From IMG/VR virus record IMGVR_UViG_3300024496_000030, positions 19,117 through 83,116 of that record: 64,000 nucleotides of DNA. One strand, 5' to 3'. Made by a program: the position numbers and the translations under genes. The notes under the pieces were generated by a model. It did no database searches. It was not told where the DNA came from and saw nothing but the letters and a program-made list of their open reading frames with translations. Origin of the DNA: a virus. Shown piece by piece: positions 63,932 through 64,000 of the stretch (position 1 is its first letter; each line of letters starts with the position of its first letter).

Positions 63932-64000
63932 TTATGTAAGGGGACCTGGAGGCGTAAACGTTCCGGTGTATTTTGCATAACCCTTATAAACAGCAAGATC
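63932..64000 (-). CDS. C-terminus of a LamG-like tail protein (partial)
   Basis: My translation ...DLAVYKGYAKYTGTFTPPGPLT*. Confidence 0.45.
   Translation of the reverse strand, partial: DLAVYKGYAKYTGTFTPPGPLT

Overview
A 64-kb piece of a tailed dsDNA phage, probably lytic and infecting a (freshwater) picocyanobacterium. Host clues are two NblA-like genes, a cyanobacterial DUF5895-like protein and TTTTCCACA DnaA boxes; family calls are by motif recognition only, with no database search. Layout: 1-14.8 kb, minus-strand packaging/virion block (portal overlapping a scaffold-like gene, TerL, putative TerS, many Gly/Ala/Gln-rich ejection-type proteins). ~14.9 kb, strand switch and possible genome end. 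15-49 kb, mostly plus-strand early/middle genes (SSBs, SH3b and L,D-transpeptidase-like proteins, HTH regulators, ThyX, ArdC-like, family-A DNA polymerase, dCMP deaminase, exonuclease, Prim-Pol/D5 primase-helicase). 49-64 kb, mixed late/accessory genes (S74 tail fibre, HNH-derived genes, MTase-like, NblA-like, Dps, tRNA-Leu/Pro, two-domain endolysin, holin-like). No major capsid protein or integrase was recognised. The most notable signal is non-coding: a candidate ~78-nt trans-acting small RNA (25279-25356, minus; own sigma70-type promoter, 5' hairpin, unpaired seed, intrinsic terminator). Its seed is complementary to a TTTGCACAC-type motif just upstream of the start codons of at least 11 phage early/middle genes, and its promoter overlaps the divergent promoter of an HTH operon. 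Other non-coding elements are a type II hammerhead ribozyme, a 15-nt repeat matching that ribozyme's cleavage strand, a D-armless CCA-ending tRNA-like element and two further structured regions.
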